Shown here piece after piece: positions 8,962-18,556 of a stretch of 64,000 nt of DNA. Origin of the DNA: an uncultured Acidobacteriota bacterium (GTDB lineage: Bacteria > Acidobacteriota > JAQAZP01); the NCBI GenBank assembly GCA_963836075.1, contig CAWIIB010000009.1, positions 1,312,001-1,376,000 of the forward strand, given 5' to 3'. Position numbers and translations under genes: made by a program. The notes under the pieces are model-generated. The model did not search any database and was not told where the DNA came from. It saw only the letters and a list, made by a program, of their open reading frames with translations. Each line of letters opens with the position of its first letter. The stretch's first letter is position 1.

Positions 8962-11900
8962 GCGTCCTTCCCCCTGCCGGCGGGCCGCAGGCGGTCGATC
9001 AGGTCATAGGCCACCGGCAGCACCACCAGGGTCAGAATGGTGGAGGTGACCAGCCCGCCGATGATGGCGTAGGCCAGCGGCGCCCGCAGTTCGGCCCCCT
9101 CGCCAAAGCCCAGGGAGAGGGGCAGCAGGGCGAGGATGGTGGTGGAACTGGTCATCAGGATCGGCCGCAGCCGGGCCTGTCCGGCGGCCAGCAGTGCCTC
9201 CTTGCGCTTCATCCCCCGGCGGCGCAATGTGTTGACGAAGTCGATGAGGATGATCCCGTCGTTCACGGCGATGCCGGCGAGGATGATGATGCCGATGAAG
9301 GCCATCACCGACAGCGGCAGGCCCGCGAAATAGAACAAGGCCGCCACGCCCACCCCGGCCATGGGGATGGTGAGCATGATGGTGAAGGGATGGACCAGCG
9401 ACTCGAACTGCGAGGCCATCACCATGTAGACCAGCAGGAGGGCCAGCAGCATGGCGAAGCGCAGCTTGTCGAACGACTCCTGGCGTCGCTGTTCTTCGCC
9501 GCCCACCAGGAAGCGGTAGCCCCGCGGCACGTTCATCCCCTCGAGGCGTGAGCCGATTTCGCCGCTCACCTCACTCAGCGTCACCCCTTCGGCCAGGTCG
9601 GCCTGGACCAGGGCCACCCGCGACTGGCCGCGGCGCAGGATCTCCCGCGGGCCGGTCTCGCTCTCCACCCGGGCGATGTCCTTGAGCAGGATCCGGGTGC
9701 CGGTGGGGTTCTCGATTTCCAGGTTGAGCAGCTGGTCGAGGTTCATCATCGGGTGGCGGATGGCGATGTCGCGGTCCTCGTCCTCGGCGCGGAAAATGGA
9801 GATCTCCTCACCGTAGAGCTTTCGCCTGACCAGCCGGGTGATGGTGGCCACGTCGAGACCCAGGCTGGCCGCGGTCATGCGGTCGATGTGAATCGCCAGT
9901 TCCTCGCGGCCGCCCTGGAAGCTGGTGCGCACGTTGTAGATGCCCTTGCCCCCGGCTTTCATCTCCTCCAGCTGGGCCGCCACCCCGTCACTGATCTCCC
10001 GCAGCCGGTCCACGTCCTGACCCCGCACCTCGATGCTCACCGGAGCGTCACCGGAGCCGATGGTCTGCTGCAGGGCGGTCTCGCCGAGATTGTATGTGGT
10101 CTCCAGGCCCGGGACGTCGCGCAGCACCGGGTCGATGGCGCCGATGATGGCCGAGGTGTGCAGGTCGCGTTCGGCGAAAGGCTTGAGCGAGACCAGGACC
10201 AGCGAGGTATTCTCGTCCCACACCTCTTCGGTGAGCAGCTCGTCCTCCAGCCGCCGTTTGCCGATGTCGCTGTAGACCGCGGTGATCTCTTCGCCGAAAT
10301 TCTCCAGCAACAGGTCCTCCACAAAGCCGGACACCGCGGCGGTGCGCTCCACCGGGGTCCCCTCGGGGAGCACCAGCCGGATGCCGAACTCGCCCTGGTC
10401 GGCCCGGGGCAGGAACTCGGTGCCGCTGCGCCTGAAGGCCTCGGCGGCAAAGAGGCCGAGGACCAGGGTGATGACCACCACGATCAGCTTGTGGTTCAGG
10501 GCCCAGACCAGCAGGCCGTTGTACGCCCTGCTGCGCACCACGTGCTCCGAAGCCGGGCCGGTCGCCGCAGTTCGTTTCTGTTTCAGCATCCGCGAGGCGA
10601 GCATGGGGATCAGCACCATGGCCACCACCAGCGAGCAGAGCAGCGAGATGCTCACCGTGAAGGCCTGTTCCTTGAGCAGCTCGCCGGTGATGTCGCCGAT
10701 GAAGACCACCGGCAGGAAAACCACGCAGGTGGTCAGGGTGGAGGCGAAGATGGCGCCGCCCACTTCCGAGGCACCGTCGATGGCCGCTTCGATCTTTCCC
10801 TTGCCCGCCTGGAGGTGGCGATAGATGTTCTCGATCACCACGATGGCATTGTCCACCAGCAGGCCCACCCCCAGGGCCAGGCCGCCGAGGGTCATGATGT
10901 TGAGGCTCAACCCGGCGAAATACATCAGCACGAAGGTGGCCACGATGGAGAGGGGGATGGCCAGGGCGATGACCAGGGTGGCGCCGAAGCTGCGCAGGAA
11001 GAGAAAGAGGATCACGATGGCCAGCAGCGCGCCGATCAGCGCCTGCTCCTCCACCTCGCGGATCGATCCGGTGATAAAACGGGCCTGGTCCCGGACCACC
11101 TGGAAGCGCACGCCGGGAAGCGAGCGGGACAGCTGGTCCAGGCTGCGGCGCACGTCGTCGCTCACCATCACCGTATTGCTGCCCCCCTCCTTGTGTACCG
11201 AGAGGCCTACCCCCTCGGTGCCGTTGATCCGCACCAGGTTGCGCACCTCCTTGTCCCCGTAGTAGACCCGGGCCACCCGGGAGAGGGGCACCGGTACCTT
11301 CAGCGGGTCGAAGGCGGTATTCTGGGAGACGAGGTCCGAGGGGGCCTTGCTGCGGTCGAGGTAGGCCACGGTGAGGGCGCGGAGCTGGTCCAGGTCGGAA
11401 AACCGGCCAACCCCCTTGATGACGTAGATCTTGCCCTCCTCCTCCAGCGTGCCGCCGGAGGTGTCCATATTGGCCTCCCTGACCCGGGAGGCCACGTCGT
11501 CCACGGTGATGCCGAATGAGTCCAGCAGGAACTCGTCGGTCTCGACGATCACTTCCCGCTCGCGGCCGCCGGAAATGCGCACCGCGGCCACACCGCGCAG
11601 CCGCTCCAGGGCCGGGCGGACATAGTCCTCGGCCAGCCGCCGCATTTCGTCCAGGTCGGCGCTGCTCTCGTCTTCGGCCGAGGGGAACATCCCCACCCGC
11701 AGCACCGGTGCGGCCTGGGGGTCGAAACGGCGGATGCTCAGGTTGTCCACTTCGCGGTCCGCCTGGAGGTAGCCGATATTCTTCTGCACCTCCAGCAGGG
11801 CAAAGTCCATGTCGCTGTCCCAGTAGAACTCCACGGTGACCATGATGCTGCCCACCCGGGAGACAGAGGAGACACGGGAGACGCCGCTGATGGTGCTCAG

Positions 11901-12113
11901 CTGGGACTCCAGCTGCTCGCCGAAGACGTCCTCCATCTCCCGCGGCGGCCGGTTCCCCGACTCGAGCACCACCACCACCTTGGGGCTGGAGATGTCGGGC
12001 AGCAGGTCGATGCCCAGCTTGTCCAGGGAGATGTAGCCGAGGAGCAGCACGCCGGTGAAGATCATCACCACGGTGACCGGGAAACGGACCGCGAGGTTGG
12101 CTATGGCTTTCAT
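8958..12113 (-). CDS. RND (AcrB/AcrD/AcrF family) permease
   Basis: 1051 aa; GLLVDNAIVVIENI, GIAVNDGIILIDF, RLRPILMT, FESLVHP; TGATG coupling to the MFP gene. Confidence 0.93.
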   Translation of the reverse strand: MKAIANLAVRFPVTVVMIFTGVLLLGYISLDKLGIDLLPDISSPKVVVVLESGNRPPREMEDVFGEQLESQLSTISGVSRVSSVSRVGSIMVTVEFYWDSDMDFALLEVQKNIGYLQADREVDNLSIRRFDPQAAPVLRVGMFPSAEDESSADLDEMRRLAEDYVRPALERLRGVAAVRISGGREREVIVETDEFLLDSFGITVDDVASRVREANMDTSGGTLEEEGKIYVIKGVGRFSDLDQLRALTVAYLDRSKAPSDLVSQNTAFDPLKVPVPLSRVARVYYGDKEVRNLVRINGTEGVGLSVHKEGGSNTVMVSDDVRRSLDQLSRSLPGVRFQVVRDQARFITGSIREVEEQALIGALLAIVILFLFLRSFGATLVIALAIPLSIVATFVLMYFAGLSLNIMTLGGLALGVGLLVDNAIVVIENIYRHLQAGKGKIEAAIDGASEVGGAIFASTLTTCVVFLPVVFIGDITGELLKEQAFTVSISLLCSLVVAMVLIPMLASRMLKQKRTAATGPASEHVVRSRAYNGLLVWALNHKLIVVVITLVLGLFAAEAFRRSGTEFLPRADQGEFGIRLVLPEGTPVERTAAVSGFVEDLLLENFGEEITAVYSDIGKRRLEDELLTEEVWDENTSLVLVSLKPFAERDLHTSAIIGAIDPVLRDVPGLETTYNLGETALQQTIGSGDAPVSIEVRGQDVDRLREISDGVAAQLEEMKAGGKGIYNVRTSFQGGREELAIHIDRMTAASLGLDVATITRLVRRKLYGEEISIFRAEDEDRDIAIRHPMMNLDQLLNLEIENPTGTRILLKDIARVESETGPREILRRGQSRVALVQADLAEGVTLSEVSGEIGSRLEGMNVPRGYRFLVGGEEQRRQESFDKLRFAMLLALLLVYMVMASQFESLVHPFTIMLTIPMAGVGVAALFYFAGLPLSVMAFIGIIILAGIAVNDGIILIDFVNTLRRRGMKRKEALLAAGQARLRPILMTSSTTILALLPLSLGFGEGAELRAPLAYAIIGGLVTSTILTLVVLPVAYDLIDRLRPAGRGKDA

Positions 12114-13195
12114 CAGGAACTGACCTTCACCGGTGTCTTGTCTTTCAGGGTCTCGTAGCCCTGGACCACCACGCGCTCGCCGGCCTCGATGCCGGAGAGG
12201 ATCTCCACCCGCTCCTCATCCTCCAGACCGGTGACCACCTCGCGCATCTCGGCCTTCTGCCGCGAGACGACAAAGACCGACGGCCGGTTGTTGCGCACCA
12301 CCACCGCGTGCCGCGGCACGACCAGGGCGTCCTCCCGGGAGCGGGTGACGATGTCGGCCTTGACGAACATGCCCGGCCGCACCAGCCCCTCGCGGTTCGA
12401 AAGCAGTACCTCGACGCGGAAGGTCCGTGACTGAGCCTGGATGGTGGGGCTGATGTAGCGCACCACGCCCTCGAAGACCTGGTCAGGGTAGGCGTAGTTG
12501 GAAACCCGGACCGCCATCCCCTCCTTGACCCTGGCGATGTCGCCGCCGGGCAGCTCCAGGTCGGCCAGCACCCGGGAGAAGTCCATCACCTCGGCCAGTT
12601 CTTCCCCGGCGGTGACCTTGGCCCCGTCCACCTCGCGGGTCAGCCAGGTCAACCGGCCGCTGATCGGGGCGAGGATCCGGGTCTGTTCCTCGACGATCAG
12701 GGTGTTTTCGTAGTTGTAGCGGGCGGTGGCCAGCGCGCTCTCGTAGTTCCTCATCTCCTGTTCGGAGACGAAGCCTTCCTCGAAGAGCCGTTGATAGCGC
12801 TGGTAATCATTCTCCGCTTTCTGCAACTCGGCGCGGCGGGCGTCGATGCCGCTCTTCTTGTTCACCCGCGTCTCTTCACTGTCCAGCAGGGCGATGACCT
12901 GGCCCTGTTTCACCGGGTCGCCCTCGATAAGCCGCCGGCCGTTGCCGCCCAGCCGGCCCAGGTTCAGATATCCGGTCATCGGCGCGTCCAGCTTGACCTC
13001 CTGGATCGCCCGCACCGAGCCGGTGGTGGTGAGGTGTTCCTCGATGCCGGCGCGGCCGGCTTCCTCCACCCGCACCGGGATTTTCACCTCCAGGCCGGCC
13101 TGGGATTCCGGTTCGCCGCACCCTGCAGTGAGGAGGAGCAGCGGAATGAGGCAGAGCGCCGCGACAATTGAGACCTGTGGGCATCTGGTGGTCAT
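12113..13195 (-). CDS. RND periplasmic adaptor (membrane fusion lipoprotein)
   Basis: Lipobox LTAGC; EGDPVKQGQVIA, ILAPISG, RPGMFV, SGIEAGERVVVQG; ATGA overlap with the upstream stop fixes the start at 13195. Confidence 0.9.
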   Translation of the reverse strand: MTTRCPQVSIVAALCLIPLLLLTAGCGEPESQAGLEVKIPVRVEEAGRAGIEEHLTTTGSVRAIQEVKLDAPMTGYLNLGRLGGNGRRLIEGDPVKQGQVIALLDSEETRVNKKSGIDARRAELQKAENDYQRYQRLFEEGFVSEQEMRNYESALATARYNYENTLIVEEQTRILAPISGRLTWLTREVDGAKVTAGEELAEVMDFSRVLADLELPGGDIARVKEGMAVRVSNYAYPDQVFEGVVRYISPTIQAQSRTFRVEVLLSNREGLVRPGMFVKADIVTRSREDALVVPRHAVVVRNNRPSVFVVSRQKAEMREVVTGLEDEERVEILSGIEAGERVVVQGYETLKDKTPVKVSS

Positions 13196-16100
13196 TCGGT
13201 TGCTCCTTCCTTGTCCTCGTCCGCGAAGGTGAATTTCACCGCGTCGGCGATCACCGCCCCGTCGGCCTGGTCGCTGAGGGTGACCACCGCCTCGTTGTCC
13301 GGAGAGAAATAGAACGTGCCGAGGCTGTTCCAGCCGATCTCCGCGACGGTGGCGTCGAGGCTCACCGTCTCCGGTCCGTCCTCGTGTTCGATGGTGTAGC
13401 TGTAGTTCGTACCCAGCTTCCGGTCGTCGGAGCGGGCGCGGAGGTTGCTCCCCTCCACGCCGATGAAGGCAAAGACCTCGTAGCGCCCCCGGCGGGGCAG
13501 TTCGGCGACCCAGCGGGCCGAAAACTCGCCCTCGCCGCCGCCCTTCATTTTCATGGTGTGGTTGTACAGGCCGTAGGCCTCGTCGCGGGTCCAGTTGACC
13601 CATTCGTCGGGGATGCCCCTGAGGTAGTCTTCCAGCTGGGGCCCGCCCTCCTCATCGTCGTCGTCACCCCTTGATGACCGCCAGCGCAGCAGCGAGCTGC
13701 CGGTTTCGCCGGCCAGGCTGAAGCCCGGGTCGAGATCATCGACGATCACCGTGAGCTCGTCCTCCGATTCACCGGTCTCCAGCACCGCCACCCGTTCGAA
13801 CGGTTCGGCCTGCACCGGCTCTTCGGGCAGCTTGAAATCCTTGGTCAGCGGTTCCTTGTTCCGGGCCAGGATGGGGTCCACCACCAGCCGTACCGGCTCG
13901 TCAGGCACCACCAGCGCCACCTCCACGGTCTGCAGGCCGTCGAGGCGCACCCGCCGTTCCACTTCGTCACCGCGGGTTTCAAAGTAGAGGATGGCGAACC
14001 CGGAAGCGTTCTCCTCGTTGGCCAGCTCCACCCGCACCTGGTAGAGCGGCGCTTCGCCGTCGGTGGCGATACGGTAGGCTTCGCTGTTCTTGATCCGGTA
14101 GCCCGGCAGGTCGGTGCTGTGGGTCCACTGCTGGAAGAGCCAATCCACGTCCTGGTCGGTCACTTCGGCGGCCAGCACGCGCAGGTCCTCCATGGTGTAC
14201 TGGCCGTACTGGTGGCGCTGCACCAGGCCGTTGACCAGCGCACGGAAGGCCTCCTCGCCGAGATACTCGCGCAGGGTGACCACGAAACCGCGGCCCTTGT
14301 GTCCCATCACATTGTAGAACAGCTCGGGGTCTTCTTCCGGCTCCATGTCGGCCAGTGGCGTGGCCTTGATCGACTTGTAGACCTGGTCGATGTTCACCGT
14401 GGCGTCGTAGAACGCCTCCTGCCAGCTGGAGTTGCCGGTGAAGCGGGCCTGGATCCCCTGGCCCAGCACCTGCTGGAAGTTGGTCATCATGTAGACCGAG
14501 GCAAAGGGCCGGGTCCCGGTGACTGTTTCCTTGAGATAGTTGTCGAGGCAGTAGCCGGCAACAGGGTAGAGCGGGCCGCTGGGGTCGAGACGGAAGCCCC
14601 AGAAGTTGGGCATGGCGTTCTGCAGCAGGCTGCCGCTGACCACATCGAGGTCGAAGAAGAGCTTGAGCATGTCGACCTTGATCTGGGCGGCGTCCACCTC
14701 CTCGTCGGCCTCTTCCGCCTGCTCGGTGCGAGTTTCGAAGGCCCGCTCGAAGTTGGCCGAGAAGAAGCCGGCCTCCTTGAGCATCACCACCCCCGGCTGG
14801 ATCAGCGGGTTGGGGCTGTCCCAGCCCTCCGAGTAGGCCCGCATGGCGCCGGGGACCTCCACCAGGCTCAGCGCCGGGTAGGGGTAGTCCAGACCGGTAC
14901 GTTCCTGGATGTCGGAGAGCTTCTTTTCCAGCTCTTCGTGGATCCTGTCCCGGGCGTCGTTGAAGAATTCGATGTTGGCCGCGTGGCTTTCGCTGAAATA
15001 GAAGGCCAGCTGCATCGGCCCCACTTCGCCCTTGATCACCTGGTACTCGCCGCTGTTCACCGAGAGGCCGGGCACCGGCACATCGGAGCGGTAGGTGAAG
15101 ATCGCGTTCCCGCCCGAGTCATCCCGGGCCGTCATGGCGCCCTGGGTCACCGCCTGCTGTCCGTCCGGGACGGTGATCCGCAGGCCGGCGGTGGCGAAGT
15201 TGTCCGGGCGCTTGTCCGGATAGGTGTAGCCGTGGTCGACGTTGGGCGAGGGATACCACCTCGCCTGGGGCAGCAGCACCGAGTAGCGCGAACCGATGTA
15301 GGACGGCAGGTAGCCGAGAATGGCCACGTTGTTGCGCGCCTGGCCCTTCAGTTCGTTGATTTCGTTCTCGCTGTTGAGGAAGATGGTATTCAGCGCCAAA
15401 GTTCCGCCATAGGCCACGGTCACCTCGGTTTCGCTGCCCGGCGTCAGGGCCGGGATGTTCACCACCAGGGTGGTGTCCCCCCGCTGGAATTCCAGCGCGC
15501 TCCCCCCGGCGCCGGTGACCGACTCCACGTCGAGGCCGCTGTTCAGCACAAAGGTCAGCTTCTCCTGGGATTCGGCCCCGTCGTTGCGCACGGTCATCCG
15601 GGCGGTGGCCGTGAGCCGGCTGCCGCGGGCCAGGTCGAGGTCCATGTCGTAGTGGGTCACCCGGGTCAGCGGGTTCTCCAGCAGCGCCTGCTGCTCGGCG
15701 CGGGCCGCCTCGCGCAGGGTGTAGTCGTTGTGTCCCGACCAGAGGCCGTAGCCGACGTAGCAGAGGGCCAGGATGGCCGAGACGGCGGCGGTGCCCAGCA
15801 CCGGCCGCGAAACCCGGTCGTCCTGCTTGAGCCGCGGGTAGAGCATGGCGGTGAGGGCCAGCAGCAGCAGGGTCAGGGCGATGATATATCCCCGCTGGAA
15901 CAGCAGCAGCCCGAAATCGGTGAAACCGATCAGGTCGGAGTGGAAGGTGGTCAGCGAATAGCCGCTGAAATCAACCAGCGGCACAAACTGGGCCTTGATC
16001 CAGCGGCCGAGGCTGATGAAGACCACCAGGTCGATGATCACGTAGGCGTGGGCGATGATGATCGCCGCCACCCGGCTTTTGGTCACCAGGGTGAGGAAAA

Positions 16101-16611
16101 AGACCAGGGCGACGATAAAGGCCAGCCCGGGAAGAATGGTGACGAAGAGGTGCATCAGGTAGGGGCCCAGACGGAAGGGCAGGTGGAAGAGCGGGATGAA
16201 CCGCAGGCAGACCGAGACCAGGGTGAGGATCAGGGCCGTGGCAAAGGTGGGGACCAGCGCCCCGAGGAATTTGCCCCAGACCAGCCCGAAGGTGCTCAGC
16301 GGGCGCGAGTGCACCACGCCGTCCACCCGGCATTTGCTGTCCTTGCTCAGGAAGTCATAGCAGAACCAGATCAGCAGCACGGCGAATAGCGTGATGAACT
16401 GGGAGTAGACGATCTGCAGCACCAGCCCGGCGGAGAGCAGCCCGATGGTGCCCGAGTAGCCGGAGAAGAAGTTGTGCAGGAAGGCGTAATAGATGTTGAT
16501 GATCACCAGGAAGAGCAGCCCGAGGCAGACCAGGATCCAGAACTTCCAGGTGCGGCGGAGGAGCCGGCTCTCGTACTTGGCCAGGCCCATGATTCCGGCA
16601 AGGTCAATCAT
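13192..16611 (-). CDS. ABC-2 permease fused to an M1-aminopeptidase-like domain lacking HExxH and a golvesin/xanthan-lyase-like C-terminal domain
   Basis: N-terminal TMD (SRPLSTFGLVWGKFLG); M1-like segments HYDMDL, FVLNSGL, WYP, YPYPALSLVEVP, KG...LREYLGEEAF; C-terminal VDD.DPGF...GRYEV...GWNSLGTFYF...VIADAVKF; GGAGGAG RBS before ATG 16611. Confidence 0.8.
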   Translation of the reverse strand: MIDLAGIMGLAKYESRLLRRTWKFWILVCLGLLFLVIINIYYAFLHNFFSGYSGTIGLLSAGLVLQIVYSQFITLFAVLLIWFCYDFLSKDSKCRVDGVVHSRPLSTFGLVWGKFLGALVPTFATALILTLVSVCLRFIPLFHLPFRLGPYLMHLFVTILPGLAFIVALVFFLTLVTKSRVAAIIIAHAYVIIDLVVFISLGRWIKAQFVPLVDFSGYSLTTFHSDLIGFTDFGLLLFQRGYIIALTLLLLALTAMLYPRLKQDDRVSRPVLGTAAVSAILALCYVGYGLWSGHNDYTLREAARAEQQALLENPLTRVTHYDMDLDLARGSRLTATARMTVRNDGAESQEKLTFVLNSGLDVESVTGAGGSALEFQRGDTTLVVNIPALTPGSETEVTVAYGGTLALNTIFLNSENEINELKGQARNNVAILGYLPSYIGSRYSVLLPQARWYPSPNVDHGYTYPDKRPDNFATAGLRITVPDGQQAVTQGAMTARDDSGGNAIFTYRSDVPVPGLSVNSGEYQVIKGEVGPMQLAFYFSESHAANIEFFNDARDRIHEELEKKLSDIQERTGLDYPYPALSLVEVPGAMRAYSEGWDSPNPLIQPGVVMLKEAGFFSANFERAFETRTEQAEEADEEVDAAQIKVDMLKLFFDLDVVSGSLLQNAMPNFWGFRLDPSGPLYPVAGYCLDNYLKETVTGTRPFASVYMMTNFQQVLGQGIQARFTGNSSWQEAFYDATVNIDQVYKSIKATPLADMEPEEDPELFYNVMGHKGRGFVVTLREYLGEEAFRALVNGLVQRHQYGQYTMEDLRVLAAEVTDQDVDWLFQQWTHSTDLPGYRIKNSEAYRIATDGEAPLYQVRVELANEENASGFAILYFETRGDEVERRVRLDGLQTVEVALVVPDEPVRLVVDPILARNKEPLTKDFKLPEEPVQAEPFERVAVLETGESEDELTVIVDDLDPGFSLAGETGSSLLRWRSSRGDDDDEEGGPQLEDYLRGIPDEWVNWTRDEAYGLYNHTMKMKGGGEGEFSARWVAELPRRGRYEVFAFIGVEGSNLRARSDDRKLGTNYSYTIEHEDGPETVSLDATVAEIGWNSLGTFYFSPDNEAVVTLSDQADGAVIADAVKFTFADEDKEGATE

Positions 16612-17491
16612 TGTTCTCCTCCTCCAGGCCACCCATGAAGTTGATGTAGGCGTCCTCCAGGTTGGGGTTCACCGGTTTCAGCTCCAGGCCGTTGGCCGAC
16701 CCCTCGCCCACCAGCCGCAGGTGCAGCCGGTCGCCCCGCGGGGCGGTGCTGATCACGCTGAAGCGCCTCTTGATTTCCGACAGGTCTTTTTCCTCGGCCA
16801 CCGTCTCCCAGGCTTTGCCCTCGGCTTTGGCGGTCAGTTCCTGGGGTGAGCCGTGATAGAGCACCTTGCCCTTGTCCAGGATCACCAGGTTTTCACAGGT
16901 GCTGGAAATGTCGCCGACGATGTGGGTGGAGAGGATGATAACGATATCCTTGCCGATGTCCTGCAGCAGGCCGCGGAAGCGGATCCGCTCCTCGGGGTCG
17001 AGACCCACGGTGGGTTCGTCGACGATGAGCAGTTTCGGCTCGCTGATCAGCGCCTGGGCGATGCCCAGCCGCCGCAGCATGCCGCCGGAGAGGGCCTTTA
17101 CCTTGCGCCGGGCCGCGTCGGCCAGCCCCACTTTCTCCAGCATGTCGTCCACCCGCTTGTCCCGGCCGGCCTTGGGCATGCCGTTGAGGCGGGCAGTGTA
17201 GTCGAGGAACTCCTGGGCCTTCATCTTGGGGTAGACCCCGAACTCCTGGGGCAGGTAGCCCAGCCGCGAGCGGATCTTCCGCCGGTCCTTCGACACGTCG
17301 AGGCCATCGATGGTCACCTCGCCGGAGGTGGGTTCCAGCAGGGTGGCCAGGATTTTTATCATGGTGCTCTTGCCGGCCCCGTTGGGGCCCAGCAGGCCGA
17401 ACATGCCGGCGGGAATCTCCACGTTGACCCCGCTGAGCGCCGTCACGCCGCCCTTGTAGGTTTTGGTCAGGTCCCGGATAGTGATAGCCAT
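16604..17491 (-). CDS. ABC transporter ATP-binding protein (ABC-2/DrrA-like)
   Basis: GPNGAGKST, YLPQ, LSGGM, IVDEPT, STH; C-terminal PNLEDAY. Confidence 0.95.
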   Translation of the reverse strand: MAITIRDLTKTYKGGVTALSGVNVEIPAGMFGLLGPNGAGKSTMIKILATLLEPTSGEVTIDGLDVSKDRRKIRSRLGYLPQEFGVYPKMKAQEFLDYTARLNGMPKAGRDKRVDDMLEKVGLADAARRKVKALSGGMLRRLGIAQALISEPKLLIVDEPTVGLDPEERIRFRGLLQDIGKDIVIILSTHIVGDISSTCENLVILDKGKVLYHGSPQELTAKAEGKAWETVAEEKDLSEIKRRFSVISTAPRGDRLHLRLVGEGSANGLELKPVNPNLEDAYINFMGGLEEENND

Positions 17492-17594
17492 TTATTGAGT
17501 CCTCTCTCTGGATCTTCCCCCGAATCGGGCAGGGAAGTCCTTTTATTTACGTAACCGTGCAGTTTCGGGTTTCATCAAATGAGGACACAATTCC

Positions 17595-17688
17595 TGGCAT
17601 TGCGAGGAGCCGTCGAAGACGGCGACGAAGCAATCTCCCGGCAATAGTGATGCATCTTTTGGATTGCTTCGCTACGCTCGCAATTACA
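17595..17688. repeat. Palindromic CATTGCGAG...CGAAGCAATC / GATTGCTTCG...CTCGCAAT element, copy 1
   Basis: Nested stems 17599-17606/17677-17684 and 17626-17635/17662-17671; second copy at 36907-36991. Confidence 0.8.
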
Positions 17689-17773
17689 GGTCGTGAATAC
17701 CGGTTTCCCTGTGGACGTAATTATGTACAATAGAAAGCCACAGTGACAGCAGAAGTCAGCGGAGGGCAGAACA

Positions 17774-18532
17774 GTGAGATGTGAACAGTGCGGCAACGAG
17801 TACGACGCCATGGACGGGCACGGCCAGTGTCCCTTCTGCGGCAAGATCCCCGGGTTCGGGGCGGACAGTCCCGGGACGGAGCCCCGGACGGATACGGCCC
17901 GCGGGGACTGCGCCTGGGAGCGCCGCGGTTCCTGGTTCGATTTTCCGGCGATGTTCGAGATGATCCGTGCGGTCCTTTTCGAGCCCTCCGCCACCTTCCG
18001 GCGGATGAAGACATCGGGCGATCTGGCGTCGCCGGTTCTCTTCGCCGCGCTGTTGGGAACCGTGGGGGTGCTGGGCAGCCTGGTCTGGAACGTCATGTTT
18101 CAGAGCATGGGGTTCCTCTCCCAAAACGCCGCTATGGAGGAATTTTTCTTCTCCACCGGCATCATCATGGTCATGGCCATCCTCTCCCCGCTGTTGACCA
18201 TTATCGGCACCTTTATCTCGGCCGGGATTCTCCATCTCTGCCTGATGATCGTCGGCGGGGAGCGCAACGGGTTCGAAGCCACCTACCGGGTGGTGGCCTA
18301 CGCCACCGGCGCCACCGCACTCTTCCAGTTGTTGCCCTTCTGCGGCGGGCTGGTGGGCGGTATCTGGGCCATCGTGACCCAGATCAACGGTGCCCGGGAG
18401 ATGCACGAGACCACCACCGATAAGGCCCTGCTGGCGGTGCTGCTGCCGCTGCTCCTCTGCTGCGGCTGTATCGCCGTCCTGATGTTCTTCGGTGTTGGCG
18501 CGGGCATGCTGGCCGCCCTGGCCGAGAGATAG
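17774..18532 (+). CDS. Zinc-ribbon YIP1-family membrane protein
   Basis: CEQC...CPFC N-terminus; WE motif; VLFEPSATF; FEATYRVVAY; about five TM helices. Confidence 0.8.
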   Translation: MRCEQCGNEYDAMDGHGQCPFCGKIPGFGADSPGTEPRTDTARGDCAWERRGSWFDFPAMFEMIRAVLFEPSATFRRMKTSGDLASPVLFAALLGTVGVLGSLVWNVMFQSMGFLSQNAAMEEFFFSTGIIMVMAILSPLLTIIGTFISAGILHLCLMIVGGERNGFEATYRVVAYATGATALFQLLPFCGGLVGGIWAIVTQINGAREMHETTTDKALLAVLLPLLLCCGCIAVLMFFGVGAGMLAALAER

Positions 18533-18556
18533 TTCTCCGGGAGGAGCGGTCCACCA

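Noticed and set aside
13196-13603. N-terminal 135-aa extension of the MFP in the ORF track, and similar extensions on ORFs ending at 1622, 3208, 4316, 37814 and 57904
   Set aside because: They overlap upstream genes or promoter regions; downstream ATGs have RBSs, signal peptides or stop-start coupling
4018-16389. Long plus-strand ORFs (854, 588 and 756 aa) opposite the transporter operon, and similar ones at 30015-32663, 37444-39669 and 39861-42374
   Set aside because: Antisense shadows of GC3-biased genes; no motifs, and they fully overlap confident genes
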